From an uncultured delta proteobacterium (GTDB taxonomy: Bacteria; Myxococcota_A; Polyangia; Fen-1088), in the NCBI GenBank assembly GCA_963796685.1, contig CAWCMR010000008.1, forward strand, positions 352,001 through 416,000: a DNA stretch of 64,000 nt, in the 5' to 3' direction. Under the pieces are notes generated by a model. That model worked only from the letters and a program-made list of their open reading frames with translations, searched no databases and was not told the origin of the DNA. Shown one piece after another: positions 1 through 9,238 of the stretch (positions are counted from its first letter, which is position 1; each line of letters begins with the position of its first letter). The translations under genes and the position numbers were made by a program.

Positions 1-567
1 CGCCACCTCGACCTCGCCGCCGACTTCGAAACAACACGGGCCGATGCAGGGCCCAAGCGCCACGTGCACATCATCCGGTCTGCATCCGAACCGTGCGACC
101 ATGGCCTCGACGCCAGCCCGCGCCATCCCCGCCACCGTGCCCCGCCACCCTGCGTGCAAGGCCGCGCAGGCTCCCGTGCGCGGGCAAGCCATCACGATCG
201 GCGTGCAGTCGGCCACATGGACGGAAAGGCCCAAGCCGGACGCGTCGGTGCATAGCCCATCCGCCTGCTCGGCGGCGACGCCGGCAGGGTCGTCGTCTCT
301 GCCAACCCGAACGATGCGAACGCCGTGGACCTGCGAGGCGCGCCACATCGACGAGGCGCCGGAAGCGACCAAGAGGCGGCGATGGTTTTCGCCCACGTGA
401 GCCGGCTCGTCACCCCATTTCCAGCCCAGATTCAACGTATCGAAGGGTGGCAGGCTCACGCCGCCCGCGCGCGTGGTGAAGCCGTGGCAAAAGCCAGCAG
501 GAATCCGTGCCGAGACCAGGAGCGGCACCCCCACGCCGTCAGCGATTGGAACGACCTGCATGTCCAT
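1..567 (-). CDS. pgeF: Peptidoglycan editing factor / YfiH-type purine nucleoside phosphorylase (C-terminus runs off the window)
   Basis: Own translation from the ATG at 567, which overlaps the rluD TGA: HGFTTRAGGVS..FDTLNLG, QVHG, ADGL, VADC, HAGWRG, GPCIGPCCFEVG. Classic rluD-pgeF gene order. Confidence 0.9.
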   Translation of the reverse strand, partial: MDMQVVPIADGVGVPLLVSARIPAGFCHGFTTRAGGVSLPPFDTLNLGWKWGDEPAHVGENHRRLLVASGASSMWRASQVHGVRIVRVGRDDDPAGVAAEQADGLCTDASGLGLSVHVADCTPIVMACPRTGACAALHAGWRGTVAGMARAGVEAMVARFGCRPDDVHVALGPCIGPCCFEVGGEVEVA

Positions 568-1556
568 CAGCGTACAAGCTGCCGCAGGGCCGCGAGCGCG
601 GCCATGAAATCTTCAGGAGGCGCGGCCTCGAATTCCATCCACTTGCCGGACTTTGGGTGATGGAAGCCGAGGACACGCGCGTGCAAGGCCTGGCGGCCGA
701 GCTGCTTTCCGATGGCGCGCAGGTTCTCGTCGCGCGGCGAGCGGCCGTAGGTCGCGTCGCCGAGCAAGGGACATCCCATGGCGGCGAAATGGACGCGCAC
801 CTGATGCGTGCGCCCGGTTTCGAGCTCCGCCTCCATGCGCGAGACCCCGCCCACGGGTTCGATCAAGCGCCAGTTGGTCACCGCGCGCTTGCCGGTCCGG
901 ACCTTGATGCTGAATTTCTTGCGGTCATGCGGATCGCGCCCGATGAGGGTGTCGATCTTCCCCGACGCTTGGGCGGGACGGCCCACCGCCAGCGCTTCGT
1001 AGACGCGCTTGATGCGATGGATTTTGAAATCGGCGCCAAGCCCCGTCATGGTCGCATCGTCCTTGGCCACCACCAGCAGACCCGAGGTGTCCTTGTCGAT
1101 GCGGTGAACGATGCCCGGCCGAAGCTCGCCGCCAATGCCGCGCAAGTCATGGCAGTGCGCCAGCAGGGCGTTGACGAGGGTGCCGTCGTCGTGCCCGGCC
1201 GCCGGGTGAACCACCAAACCGGGCGGCTTGTCCACGACCACCAGGTGCTCGTCCTCGAAGACCACGCGCAAGGGAATGTCCTCGGCGACCAGCTCGACCT
1301 CGCGCACGCGCGGAGGCGTCCACACCACCCTGTCGCCCGCGCGAACCTTCTGCGAAGGCGACGCCGCCTTGCCGTTCAGGGTGACCGCGCCCTCGCCGAT
1401 GTGGCGCGAAAGCTGCGTACGCGACACGCCCTCGACGTGTTCGGCCAGCACCACATCAAGCCGCCGGCCCGCCTCTGCGCTGCCCAGCGTGAACGTACGC
1501 GGCGGCTCGGGAGCGGCCGTCGGCGCTGCAACCCCTACCTGCCGCGCGCCCGTCAC
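567..1556 (-). CDS. rluD: RluA-family 23S rRNA pseudouridine synthase with S4 domain
   Basis: RLDVVL S4 domain, VDKPPGLVVHP, GIVHRIDKDTSGLL, LETGRTHQVRVH, RQALHA. Confidence 0.92.
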   Translation of the reverse strand: MTGARQVGVAAPTAAPEPPRTFTLGSAEAGRRLDVVLAEHVEGVSRTQLSRHIGEGAVTLNGKAASPSQKVRAGDRVVWTPPRVREVELVAEDIPLRVVFEDEHLVVVDKPPGLVVHPAAGHDDGTLVNALLAHCHDLRGIGGELRPGIVHRIDKDTSGLLVVAKDDATMTGLGADFKIHRIKRVYEALAVGRPAQASGKIDTLIGRDPHDRKKFSIKVRTGKRAVTNWRLIEPVGGVSRMEAELETGRTHQVRVHFAAMGCPLLGDATYGRSPRDENLRAIGKQLGRQALHARVLGFHHPKSGKWMEFEAAPPEDFMAALAALRQLVR

Positions 1557-1822
1557 CAGATCTTGGACTTGATGTTCTGTCCGCGCTGCTTGAGCAGGAT
1601 ATCCACCAGGGCGCGATCGAAAAGGTTGGTGGCCGCGATTTCGGTCGTCACGCGGGACCTGAAGTGCTGACGGCCTTCCTCGATCTCTTCCTTCATCGAA
1701 TCGAACAAGGTGTCGTTCTGAATGCCCTGAACCAGCTTGGCTTCGTTGTACATGGCCAGGTCCGAAGCGATCGCGCGGGCGAACTGACGCGCCCTTTCCG
1801 GCTTGTCGATCAACGGTGGCAT
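1553..1822 (-). CDS. Small conserved hypothetical protein
   Basis: 89 aa ORF with protein-like composition (ARAIASDLAMYN..EEIEEGR); GTGA overlap with rluD. Confidence 0.75.
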   Translation of the reverse strand: MPPLIDKPERARQFARAIASDLAMYNEAKLVQGIQNDTLFDSMKEEIEEGRQHFRSRVTTEIAATNLFDRALVDILLKQRGQNIKSKIW

Positions 1823-1905
1823 GATGCTAAAGTACCCGATTCCGGGACAACGTGCGAATGAGTTTGCAGGTTGGCGCCCTCGTTTCTAGACTGGGAAACA
1901 AGCCC

Positions 1906-2379
1906 ATGAGCAAAATTGCCCTCCCCACCGCCATTGCCCTGACGCTGTGCCTGGCCGGTTCGACCCGCGCCCTCTGCGCCAACGACGACAGCTACGAGGT
2001 CAGCAAGACCGACGCCAGTCTGACCGCAGGAGGCAAGGGCCAGGCCAGCGTGACCATCTCGGCCAAGAAGGGCTGGCATCTCAACGCCGAAGCCCCCCTC
2101 ACCCTCAAGCTCGTGCCCCCAGCGGGCGTGGAAGTGGACAAGGCGAAGCTCGGGCGCGGCGATCTGGCCATGTCTAACGACAAGTCGGCGCGCTTCGAGG
2201 TGGGCGTGACCGCCAGCGAACCGGGCAAGAAGGTCGTCGAGGCCGAGGCCGGATTCGTACTGTGTCAAGAAGACTCGTGCCGCCCGGTCAAGCAGAAGAT
2301 CGCACTGGCCGTGGACGTGGAGGCGCCCAAGTCAACCAGAGGCAAACAGCCGGCCAAGCGGCCAACCAAGAAGAGATAG
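1906..2379 (+). CDS. Secreted protein with DsbD N-terminal-like domain
   Basis: Signal peptide, GWHLN motif and C-x4-C (LCQEDSC); start placed at ATG 1906. Confidence 0.6.
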   Translation: MSKIALPTAIALTLCLAGSTRALCANDDSYEVSKTDASLTAGGKGQASVTISAKKGWHLNAEAPLTLKLVPPAGVEVDKAKLGRGDLAMSNDKSARFEVGVTASEPGKKVVEAEAGFVLCQEDSCRPVKQKIALAVDVEAPKSTRGKQPAKRPTKKR

Positions 2380-2380
2380 T

Positions 2381-3721
2381 TCAGCCGAAGGCGCGAATGA
2401 TTGCCTCGGTCTTGCGCGCGAGCGCGGGCGTAAAGGTACCCACGATGGTTGCCACCAGCCGTTCTGGACGCAGGATTTCCTGGGCCACAGCTTGTACCTC
2501 GGCCGCGTCGACTCTGGCCATCCGGCGATAGCGCTCGGCTGGGCTGCGCAGCGGGCGGCCGAAGAGCATGCTGTCGCCAAACCAGGCGCACAGTCCCTCG
2601 ACATCGTCGAACCCGGCCTCGAGGTCGCGCGCGTATCGGCGCTTGGCTTTGTCGAGCTCGGCGGTGGAGGCGGTCGTGTCGCGCAACTCGGAGAGAATGG
2701 CCAAGACCTCTCGGACCAACTCGGGAAGCTTTGCCGCCCCGCAGGCGGCGGAGATTTCGACGAGAGACGTGTCCCCGAGCGGGTCCAGCCCGGCATTGAC
2801 CTGGTAGGCCAGGCCCTTGCGATCGCACACACGGTAGTGCAGCGGCGTCGACATGCCGTCGTCGAGCAGGCGCAGCAGTGCGACCAACGCCGGGTAGCGC
2901 GCATGATGGTCGGCAAGAGCGCGAAACAGGAGCTGAACCTCCACCTGCGCAGAGTCGGTACGGACGCCGTGAAACAGGAGGCCGGGCAGCTTCTTCGGCG
3001 CGGGACGAGAAGCTTCACGCTGCCCCGCGGGCAACCCGCCAAAGGCGCGCCCGGCCATGGCCATGACCTGGCCGTGCTCGACAGGCCCCGCCACGGCCAG
3101 CACCAAGTTGCGTGCGCCGTGGAAGCGGTGGAAGTGCGCGATCACGTCGTCGCGGGTGAAGCGCCGGATGTTCTCCTCGGGGCCGGTGATGGGAAAGCCG
3201 AGGGGATGACCGCCCCAAGCGTAGCTGCGACCGACGTCATCGAGGTTCACGCGCTGGCCCCGCTCGTCGAAGTCCTCGAGGATCTCCTCGAGCACCATGG
3301 CGCGTTCGAGCTCGATATCCGAGAAGAGGGGTGCGGTGAAGAGATCGCCGAGGATGCGCAGAACCTCGCCAAGCTCGCGCGGATGGAGCTGCACCTGGTA
3401 GAGCGAATAGTCTCGGCCGGTTTCTCCGCACAGCATTCCGCAGCGCTCTTCGATGGCGCGGTTGAGCGCGAAGGAAGAAGGGAACCCCGCCGAGCCGCGA
3501 AAGAGCATGTGCTCGACGAAGTGGGACAGCCCGTTCGTCCGCGCGGTCTCGTAGCGTGAACCGGTGCGCACATAGAGCCCGACCGCGGCGGCGTGCAGGT
3601 GCGGGGTCTCGATGTCCACCACGCAGAGGCCGTTGCGCAGACGCCCCTTCGACACCTGGGCGGGAAAGGGAATCAAATCCGCGGGCGTAAGCTCGCGACG
3701 GGCGTGGGCGTGGAACGGCAT
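2381..3721 (-). CDS. M16 (pitrilysin) family Zn peptidase
   Basis: GSRYE..GLSHFVEHMLFRG inverted HXXEH motif; start uncertain (3721 or 3784). Confidence 0.88.
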   Translation of the reverse strand: MPFHAHARRELTPADLIPFPAQVSKGRLRNGLCVVDIETPHLHAAAVGLYVRTGSRYETARTNGLSHFVEHMLFRGSAGFPSSFALNRAIEERCGMLCGETGRDYSLYQVQLHPRELGEVLRILGDLFTAPLFSDIELERAMVLEEILEDFDERGQRVNLDDVGRSYAWGGHPLGFPITGPEENIRRFTRDDVIAHFHRFHGARNLVLAVAGPVEHGQVMAMAGRAFGGLPAGQREASRPAPKKLPGLLFHGVRTDSAQVEVQLLFRALADHHARYPALVALLRLLDDGMSTPLHYRVCDRKGLAYQVNAGLDPLGDTSLVEISAACGAAKLPELVREVLAILSELRDTTASTAELDKAKRRYARDLEAGFDDVEGLCAWFGDSMLFGRPLRSPAERYRRMARVDAAEVQAVAQEILRPERLVATIVGTFTPALARKTEAIIRAFG

Positions 3722-3831
3722 GGTTTGCAGGCAGTCTACACGCTGGTACGGTCGAACGCCGGGGGGAGTGTTTTCTCGCCGCACGAGCGGATGGAGAGGG
3801 TCCGCTGTCTCCTCCGTCCCCTCGCTCAGCT

Positions 3832-4683
3832 GTGCTAGAAAGCGCCGTGGATTCGAGCAGCGCCAGCATCCGTCTCGTGGTCAACGCCGATGGCTTCGGG
3901 CTGTCGGCCGCGCGGACGCGCGGGATCCTCGCTGCCCACCGAAGCGGGATCGTGACCAGCACCTCGGTGCTCGGCATCGCCGGCGATCTCGAAGCCATCA
4001 AGGCCGAGCTGGGCGAAAGCCCCACCCTTGGCGTCGGCGTCCTGCTGACACTGGAGGATGGCGAGCCGGTGTCCAAGCCCGCGGCGGTGGCGTCCCTGCT
4101 CGATGAACATGGCCGGTTCCCCTCGCGAGAACGCGACCTCCTCCTCAACTGGGCCAAGGTCGCCATGCAACCCGCGCACGTCGAGCAGGAATTCGACGCC
4201 CAGGTGGCGCGCTTGCGCGATCTCGGGTTGGTCATCGACCACCTGTGCGCACGGGGCAGCGTCGGGTTTCTGCCCATGGTCGCGCAGGCCATGGAGAAGG
4301 TGGCGCGCCGCCACGCCATCGCGGGCCTGCGCACGACGGTCGAGCGGCCAACCCTGGCGTGGACCGCCGATCTGCCGCGTGGCCTGGCCACGGCCGCGCT
4401 GGGCGCGCTGGCCTGGTACGGCCGTCGCCAGCTCGGGGCGCGCCGCCATGGTCCGCAAAGCTGGGGCTACTTCGAGCGCGGTCGCCTCGACGAGATCCGC
4501 ATTCTGGAAATCCTTGGCCGCCTGAGTCCGGGCAGCCACGAGCTCATCTGCCAACCCGATCTCGATCCGTCAGGACAAGAGCCGCCACGACGCGGCGAGG
4601 TCGATGCCCTCGGCGCCTCCCGCGTGCGCGAAGCCCTGGCCAGCCGCCATATCGAGCTGTGCCGTTGGGCGGATCTCTTCTGA
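3832..4683 (+). CDS. ChbG/HpnK/YdjC-family carbohydrate deacetylase-like protein with degenerate active site
   Basis: LVVNADGFG..GIVTSTSV, EFDAQV, ELICQP follow the YdjC motif order; start may be GTG 3847. Confidence 0.75.
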   Translation: MLESAVDSSSASIRLVVNADGFGLSAARTRGILAAHRSGIVTSTSVLGIAGDLEAIKAELGESPTLGVGVLLTLEDGEPVSKPAAVASLLDEHGRFPSRERDLLLNWAKVAMQPAHVEQEFDAQVARLRDLGLVIDHLCARGSVGFLPMVAQAMEKVARRHAIAGLRTTVERPTLAWTADLPRGLATAALGALAWYGRRQLGARRHGPQSWGYFERGRLDEIRILEILGRLSPGSHELICQPDLDPSGQEPPRRGEVDALGASRVREALASRHIELCRWADLF

Positions 4684-4738
4684 GCTGGCGAAAGACTCTC
4701 GCGTCTTTGCGGCGCTGACCGCATAATCAGGTCAGGAT

Positions 4739-5473
4739 ATGGAGCAGCAGGACGATCTCCGCTCGACGCAGAGCTACTACGACCGCTTTTCGCCCAGCTA
4801 TGAGCGGGAACGCCACCACGGCTACCACCGCCTCATCGACGAGCTCGAGCTGGAATGGGTCAGGCGATACGGCAGCGGACGGGATATTCTGGAGGCCGGC
4901 TGCGGAACGGGGTTGCTGCTGGCCGAGGCCGCCCGCATCGGGCGTTCGGCCATCGGGCTCGACCTTTCGCGCGGTATGCTGACGCACGCCAAAGACCGCG
5001 GCTTGCGCGTGGTCCAGGGATCGCTCACCGCCCTGCCGCTCCCGGATGCCTCGGTGGATCTCGTGTACAGCATGAAGGTCCTGGCACACATCCCGCCCAT
5101 CCGAGAAGCCGTCGCCGAGATGGCTCGCGTGACCCGGCCGGGCGGTCACCTCCTCCTCGAGTTCTACAATCCCCGCTCTCTGCGCTACCTGGCCAAGGCG
5201 CTGGGCGGCGCAGCTCCCATCGCCGAGGGCACGACGGATCGCGATGTCTTCACACGCTACGACACCTTGGAGAGCGCGCGCGCCTACCTGCCGCCCGACG
5301 TGGAATACGTTACCATGCGCGGCGTGCGCGTGGTTACGCCCACCTCCCGCGTGTTCGACATGCCGATGGTTTCCGGGCTCTTCGATCGCGCCGAACGCGT
5401 GGCCTGCGATTTGCCGTGGATCCGCAACTTCGGCGGCTTCCTCATCCTCGTGGCGCGCAAACGCACACCATGA
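4739..5473 (+). CDS. Class I SAM-dependent methyltransferase
   Basis: ILEAGCGTG, LDLSRGML, LPLPDASVDLV, RVTRPGG. Confidence 0.9.
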   Translation: MEQQDDLRSTQSYYDRFSPSYERERHHGYHRLIDELELEWVRRYGSGRDILEAGCGTGLLLAEAARIGRSAIGLDLSRGMLTHAKDRGLRVVQGSLTALPLPDASVDLVYSMKVLAHIPPIREAVAEMARVTRPGGHLLLEFYNPRSLRYLAKALGGAAPIAEGTTDRDVFTRYDTLESARAYLPPDVEYVTMRGVRVVTPTSRVFDMPMVSGLFDRAERVACDLPWIRNFGGFLILVARKRTP

Positions 5474-6903
5474 CCAACCACACCGGGGATATCCTCATCG
5501 TCGACGACGAGCGCTCGATGCGCGAGTTCCTGGGCATCTACTTGCGTCGCGAGGGCTATCGCATCGAAGCAGCTTCGGGCGGGAACGAGGCCATCGCGTC
5601 CCTCAAGGCCCGCGCCTTCGATGTGATCATCACCGATCTGCGCATGCCGGATGTGGATGGACTGACCATCCTGGCCGAAGCCAAGCGCACCCGGCCCGAT
5701 ACCGAGGTCATCGTCGTGACGGCCTTCTCCACGACCGAGACCGCCATCGCCGCCATGAAGGCCGGCGCGCATGACTACCTGACCAAGCCTTTCAAGATCG
5801 ACGAGGTTGGATTGGTCGTCGACCGTGCCATGGAGAAGCGCCGCCTGTCGCGCGAGAACGTGGCTCTGCGCGACGAGATCAAGGGGCGCTACAAGCTCGA
5901 CCGGCTGCTGGGAAAATCGCCCGCCATGCAGCGGGTCTTCGACATCCTACGCAAGGTCGCGTCGACGAGAACCAGCGTGCTGCTCATCGGCGAATCCGGC
6001 ACGGGCAAGGAGCTGGCCGCGCACGCTTTGCACGAGCTCTCTCCGCGCACGGATCAGCCCTTCGTGGCCGTCAACTGCGGCGCCATCCCGGAAACCCTGC
6101 TCGAATCGGAGTTTTTCGGGCACGTCCGTGGCTCGTTCACCGGTGCCAACGCGGACAAGCAAGGGTTGTTCGAGGCGGCCCACGGCGGAACCTTGCTGCT
6201 CGACGAGATCGCCGAGTTGCCGGTCGCCATGCAGGTCAAGCTCCTACGCGTCCTGCAGGAGCGCAAGGTGAAGCCGGTCGGCGGGGTCAGCGAGCGCGAG
6301 GTGGATGTCCGCATCGTGGCCGCTACCAACCGCGACCTGGAAGCCGAGGTGGAGAAATCCACTTTCCGCCAGGATCTCTACTACCGCCTGAACGTCATCC
6401 AGCTGCGCTTGCCTCCGCTGCGCGAGCGACGCGAGGATTTGCCCCTGCTCGTCGATCACTTCATCCGCAAGTTCTCCGCCGAGCACGGACGCAACGTGGT
6501 CGGAGCCGCGCCCGAAGTCATGTCCGCGCTCATGCTGTACCACTTCCCGGGAAACGTGCGCGAGCTGGAAAACATGATCGAGCGCGCGGTCACCCTGTCC
6601 GCCACGGATTGGCTCGCCATCGACGCATTTCCCAACCTCGCGGGGCTGCAGGGCGAACAGCAGAGCCAGAGCACGGTCGGTCATCTGCCCGAGAGTGGCC
6701 TCGATCTGGAACACCACCTCGAGGAATACGAACGATCCATCCTCATCAAGGCCCTGGAACGAACGGGAGGCAACCGTACCGAGGCCGCGCGCCTGCTCGG
6801 TGTTTCGTTCCGCTCCATGCGCTATCGGTTGTCCAAGCTCGGCGTGACCGGGGTCGATACCGGCGTCGAGCTCACCGAGCCGCCACCCGCGCCCGATCCC
6901 TGA
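5470..6903 (+). CDS. Sigma-54-dependent response regulator (REC-AAA+-Fis HTH), PilR/NtrC-like
   Basis: ILIVDDE, DLRMP, GESGTGKE, GSFTGA, LLDEI, FRQDLYYRL, PGNVRELEN, C-terminal HTH; ATGA overlap with the upstream MTase stop. Confidence 0.92.
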   Translation: MTNHTGDILIVDDERSMREFLGIYLRREGYRIEAASGGNEAIASLKARAFDVIITDLRMPDVDGLTILAEAKRTRPDTEVIVVTAFSTTETAIAAMKAGAHDYLTKPFKIDEVGLVVDRAMEKRRLSRENVALRDEIKGRYKLDRLLGKSPAMQRVFDILRKVASTRTSVLLIGESGTGKELAAHALHELSPRTDQPFVAVNCGAIPETLLESEFFGHVRGSFTGANADKQGLFEAAHGGTLLLDEIAELPVAMQVKLLRVLQERKVKPVGGVSEREVDVRIVAATNRDLEAEVEKSTFRQDLYYRLNVIQLRLPPLRERREDLPLLVDHFIRKFSAEHGRNVVGAAPEVMSALMLYHFPGNVRELENMIERAVTLSATDWLAIDAFPNLAGLQGEQQSQSTVGHLPESGLDLEHHLEEYERSILIKALERTGGNRTEAARLLGVSFRSMRYRLSKLGVTGVDTGVELTEPPPAPDP

Positions 6904-6907
6904 CGTC

Positions 6908-7816
6908 ATGGATGTGCCGCCCCAGAAGAAAAATCGCGGCTCTGGCGCAATCCTGGTCGTCGGAGTGCTCGCCGGACTGGCCGGCCTTGGCGCCCTCGCC
7001 TTCGGCTGCCTCGAACGCACGACGCGCCTGCGAGCGACCTGGCCGCCCGAGGCCGACACCTTCTACCTGCCCCCTTCCTCCGCCTTGCGCGTCGTCGGTC
7101 TTCGGCACAACGAGCTGCTGGCGGATCTGATCCATGCCCGCGCCAACGTGTACTTCGGCACGCAACTGCACGCCCGGGTGCCGACGAAGTGGCTGGCGCA
7201 ATACCTGGACACCGCCATCGATCTGGACCCGAAGTTCCAGCGCCTCTACCTCGCGGGGGCGGCCATGCTGATCTACAACGGTCAGAAGATATCGCCCGAG
7301 ATGGTGCTGGCGGCCATCCACGTGCTCGCGCGAGGACACAAGGCGTTTCCCTTCGAGTGGGAATTTCCCTTCCAGATGGGTTTCAACTACCTCTTCGAGC
7401 TGCCTCAAGATGCAGGCGAAGACGATCCCCGGGTGCCGGGCTGGCGCCAGCAAGGTGTGGAGATGCTGAGACAGGCGGCGCTGTACGAAGGCATCCCCTA
7501 TTACATCCCCAATCTGGTCGCACGCATGCTGACCAAGAGCGGCGCCGACGATTTGGCCATCCGCCAACTCGAACAATCCTACGCCGTGGCCACCAACCCG
7601 GAGGCGCGCGACCAAATCAAGAACAAGCTGTTCGCTCTTCGCGGCAAGCTCTTCTCGGCGCAGCTGGAGGAGAATCTGCGCAACTTCAACCGCATGATCG
7701 AGCGACGCTTCCCCGAGGCGCCCGAAGCCTTCTCGCTGGTCGTGGGACCGCGCACCACCGCCCTCGGCATCCTCTCGCCGCCTGCCCCCCCTGCGCGGTC
7801 GAGAGACGCGCGATGA
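6908..7816 (+). CDS. Membrane-anchored helical (TPR-like) protein resembling deltaproteobacterial pilus-cluster PilG/XapA-type proteins
   Basis: N-terminal TM segment, LADLIH, LDPKF..Y and FQMGFNY motifs; family assignment from recall only. Confidence 0.5.
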   Translation: MDVPPQKKNRGSGAILVVGVLAGLAGLGALAFGCLERTTRLRATWPPEADTFYLPPSSALRVVGLRHNELLADLIHARANVYFGTQLHARVPTKWLAQYLDTAIDLDPKFQRLYLAGAAMLIYNGQKISPEMVLAAIHVLARGHKAFPFEWEFPFQMGFNYLFELPQDAGEDDPRVPGWRQQGVEMLRQAALYEGIPYYIPNLVARMLTKSGADDLAIRQLEQSYAVATNPEARDQIKNKLFALRGKLFSAQLEENLRNFNRMIERRFPEAPEAFSLVVGPRTTALGILSPPAPPARSRDAR

Positions 7817-8448
7817 AGCTCATCCTTCCGCCGGCTGGCACCCTCAGCGCGAACGATGAGCACGATCCCCTTCCCTATTACTATCGGCCATGCGTGGGCT
7901 GGCTCTATCGCAAGCGGCTGCGCATGGGGCTCGACCTTGTTCCCCACGATGGCACGAGGGTTCTCGAGGTCGGCGTGGGCAGCGGCATCCTGATCCCAAC
8001 CCTGTCCTCGCACTTTCCCCGCTACACCGGCACCGATTTGATTCTCGGCGACAGGCTCGAACGCCTCGTCGCGCCTTCCTGCCAGGCCAACTTCGTGCAG
8101 GCCGATCTGCTGCGAGAATCGAGCCTGCCGGAGGCGAGCTACGACGTGGTCATTTGCCTGTCCGTCCTCGAACACATTGCGGACGCGGACGGCGCCGCGT
8201 CTGCCCTGGCGCGAACCCTGGTCAAGGGCGGTACGCTCGTCGCAGGCTATCCCATGGTGAACGGGCTGATGGCCGGCCTTTTCCGGGCCATCGGCTTCCA
8301 CAATATCGAAGATCACCACGTCACCGCGCCCGCCGCCATCGATAGGGCACTCCGGCGTGTCCTGCGCCCTGGTCGACGCCACGCCATGCCCGCCTTCGCT
8401 CCCGTTGCGATGGCGCTCTACCAGTGCGCGGCCTGGGTCAAGGTCTAG
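7813..8448 (+). CDS. Class I SAM-dependent methyltransferase
   Basis: VLEVGVGSG, YDVVICLSVLEH; ATG 7813 overlaps the upstream TGA. Confidence 0.85.
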   Translation: MKLILPPAGTLSANDEHDPLPYYYRPCVGWLYRKRLRMGLDLVPHDGTRVLEVGVGSGILIPTLSSHFPRYTGTDLILGDRLERLVAPSCQANFVQADLLRESSLPEASYDVVICLSVLEHIADADGAASALARTLVKGGTLVAGYPMVNGLMAGLFRAIGFHNIEDHHVTAPAAIDRALRRVLRPGRRHAMPAFAPVAMALYQCAAWVKV

Positions 8449-9238
8449 CAGCCCGACGCTCGACGACGACGAGGACGCGGAAACCAAATCCGTGAAAGAG
8501 AGAGCCCGGCAGCAGGTTCTCGAAGGCAAACCAAGCGCGCCACAGAGAAACGGGCAGAAACGGGGGGTGGGAAAAGCCGCCGGTCGCAGGATAGGCCAGA
8601 CCAGCCATTCGTTCGACGCGAACCACGTCGAGCAAGGGAAACATACGTGCGAAGACTCGGCCGTGGTCGCGAGCGAAGATGAGTGTCGGGATTGCCTGGT
8701 TGGAGGCGAAGGGATCCCTGGCGGCCTCGGGGGTGTGTACCGCCGCGACCAAGGGATCGACCGACATATCCACCGGTTCGGGGTGAAAACGGCCATACAC
8801 CCAGCGGGACACCGGGCTGATGTAAGGTTCGCACAGCACGATGCGGCCTCCCGGCCGCAAAACGCGGACCGCCTCGTGAAAGAAGCGCGCGGGGGCTGCC
8901 ACGTGGTGGAGGACGTCGAACAGCACCAGAGCCCCCACGCTGCCGTCATCGAGGTCAAGCGCCTCGGCGGACATCTGGCGCGCGTGCCACGGCGCCTTGA
9001 CCACGTCGGTCAATTCCAATTCGGGAATGAACTCGCGCGCAAAGCCGGGACCCGATCCAATCTCGATCCACGGCCCAAGCTCGCGCGGCGGCAAGGCCCG
9101 GCGTAGCCGGCCATACCAGTGACCGTAACTCGCACGCAGGGTCGGATTGGCTTGCCATACGCGACGATGTTCCTCGAAACGCACCAAGGTGCGCTCGCGC
9201 AAGGCGGCGGGAAGCTCGGACGATGCCGGGTCAGACAT
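8438..9238 (-). CDS. Class I SAM-dependent methyltransferase
   Basis: IEIGSGPG, FDVLHH, RVLRPGGRIVLCEP. Confidence 0.85.
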   Translation of the reverse strand: MSDPASSELPAALRERTLVRFEEHRRVWQANPTLRASYGHWYGRLRRALPPRELGPWIEIGSGPGFAREFIPELELTDVVKAPWHARQMSAEALDLDDGSVGALVLFDVLHHVAAPARFFHEAVRVLRPGGRIVLCEPYISPVSRWVYGRFHPEPVDMSVDPLVAAVHTPEAARDPFASNQAIPTLIFARDHGRVFARMFPLLDVVRVERMAGLAYPATGGFSHPPFLPVSLWRAWFAFENLLPGSLFHGFGFRVLVVVERRAARP

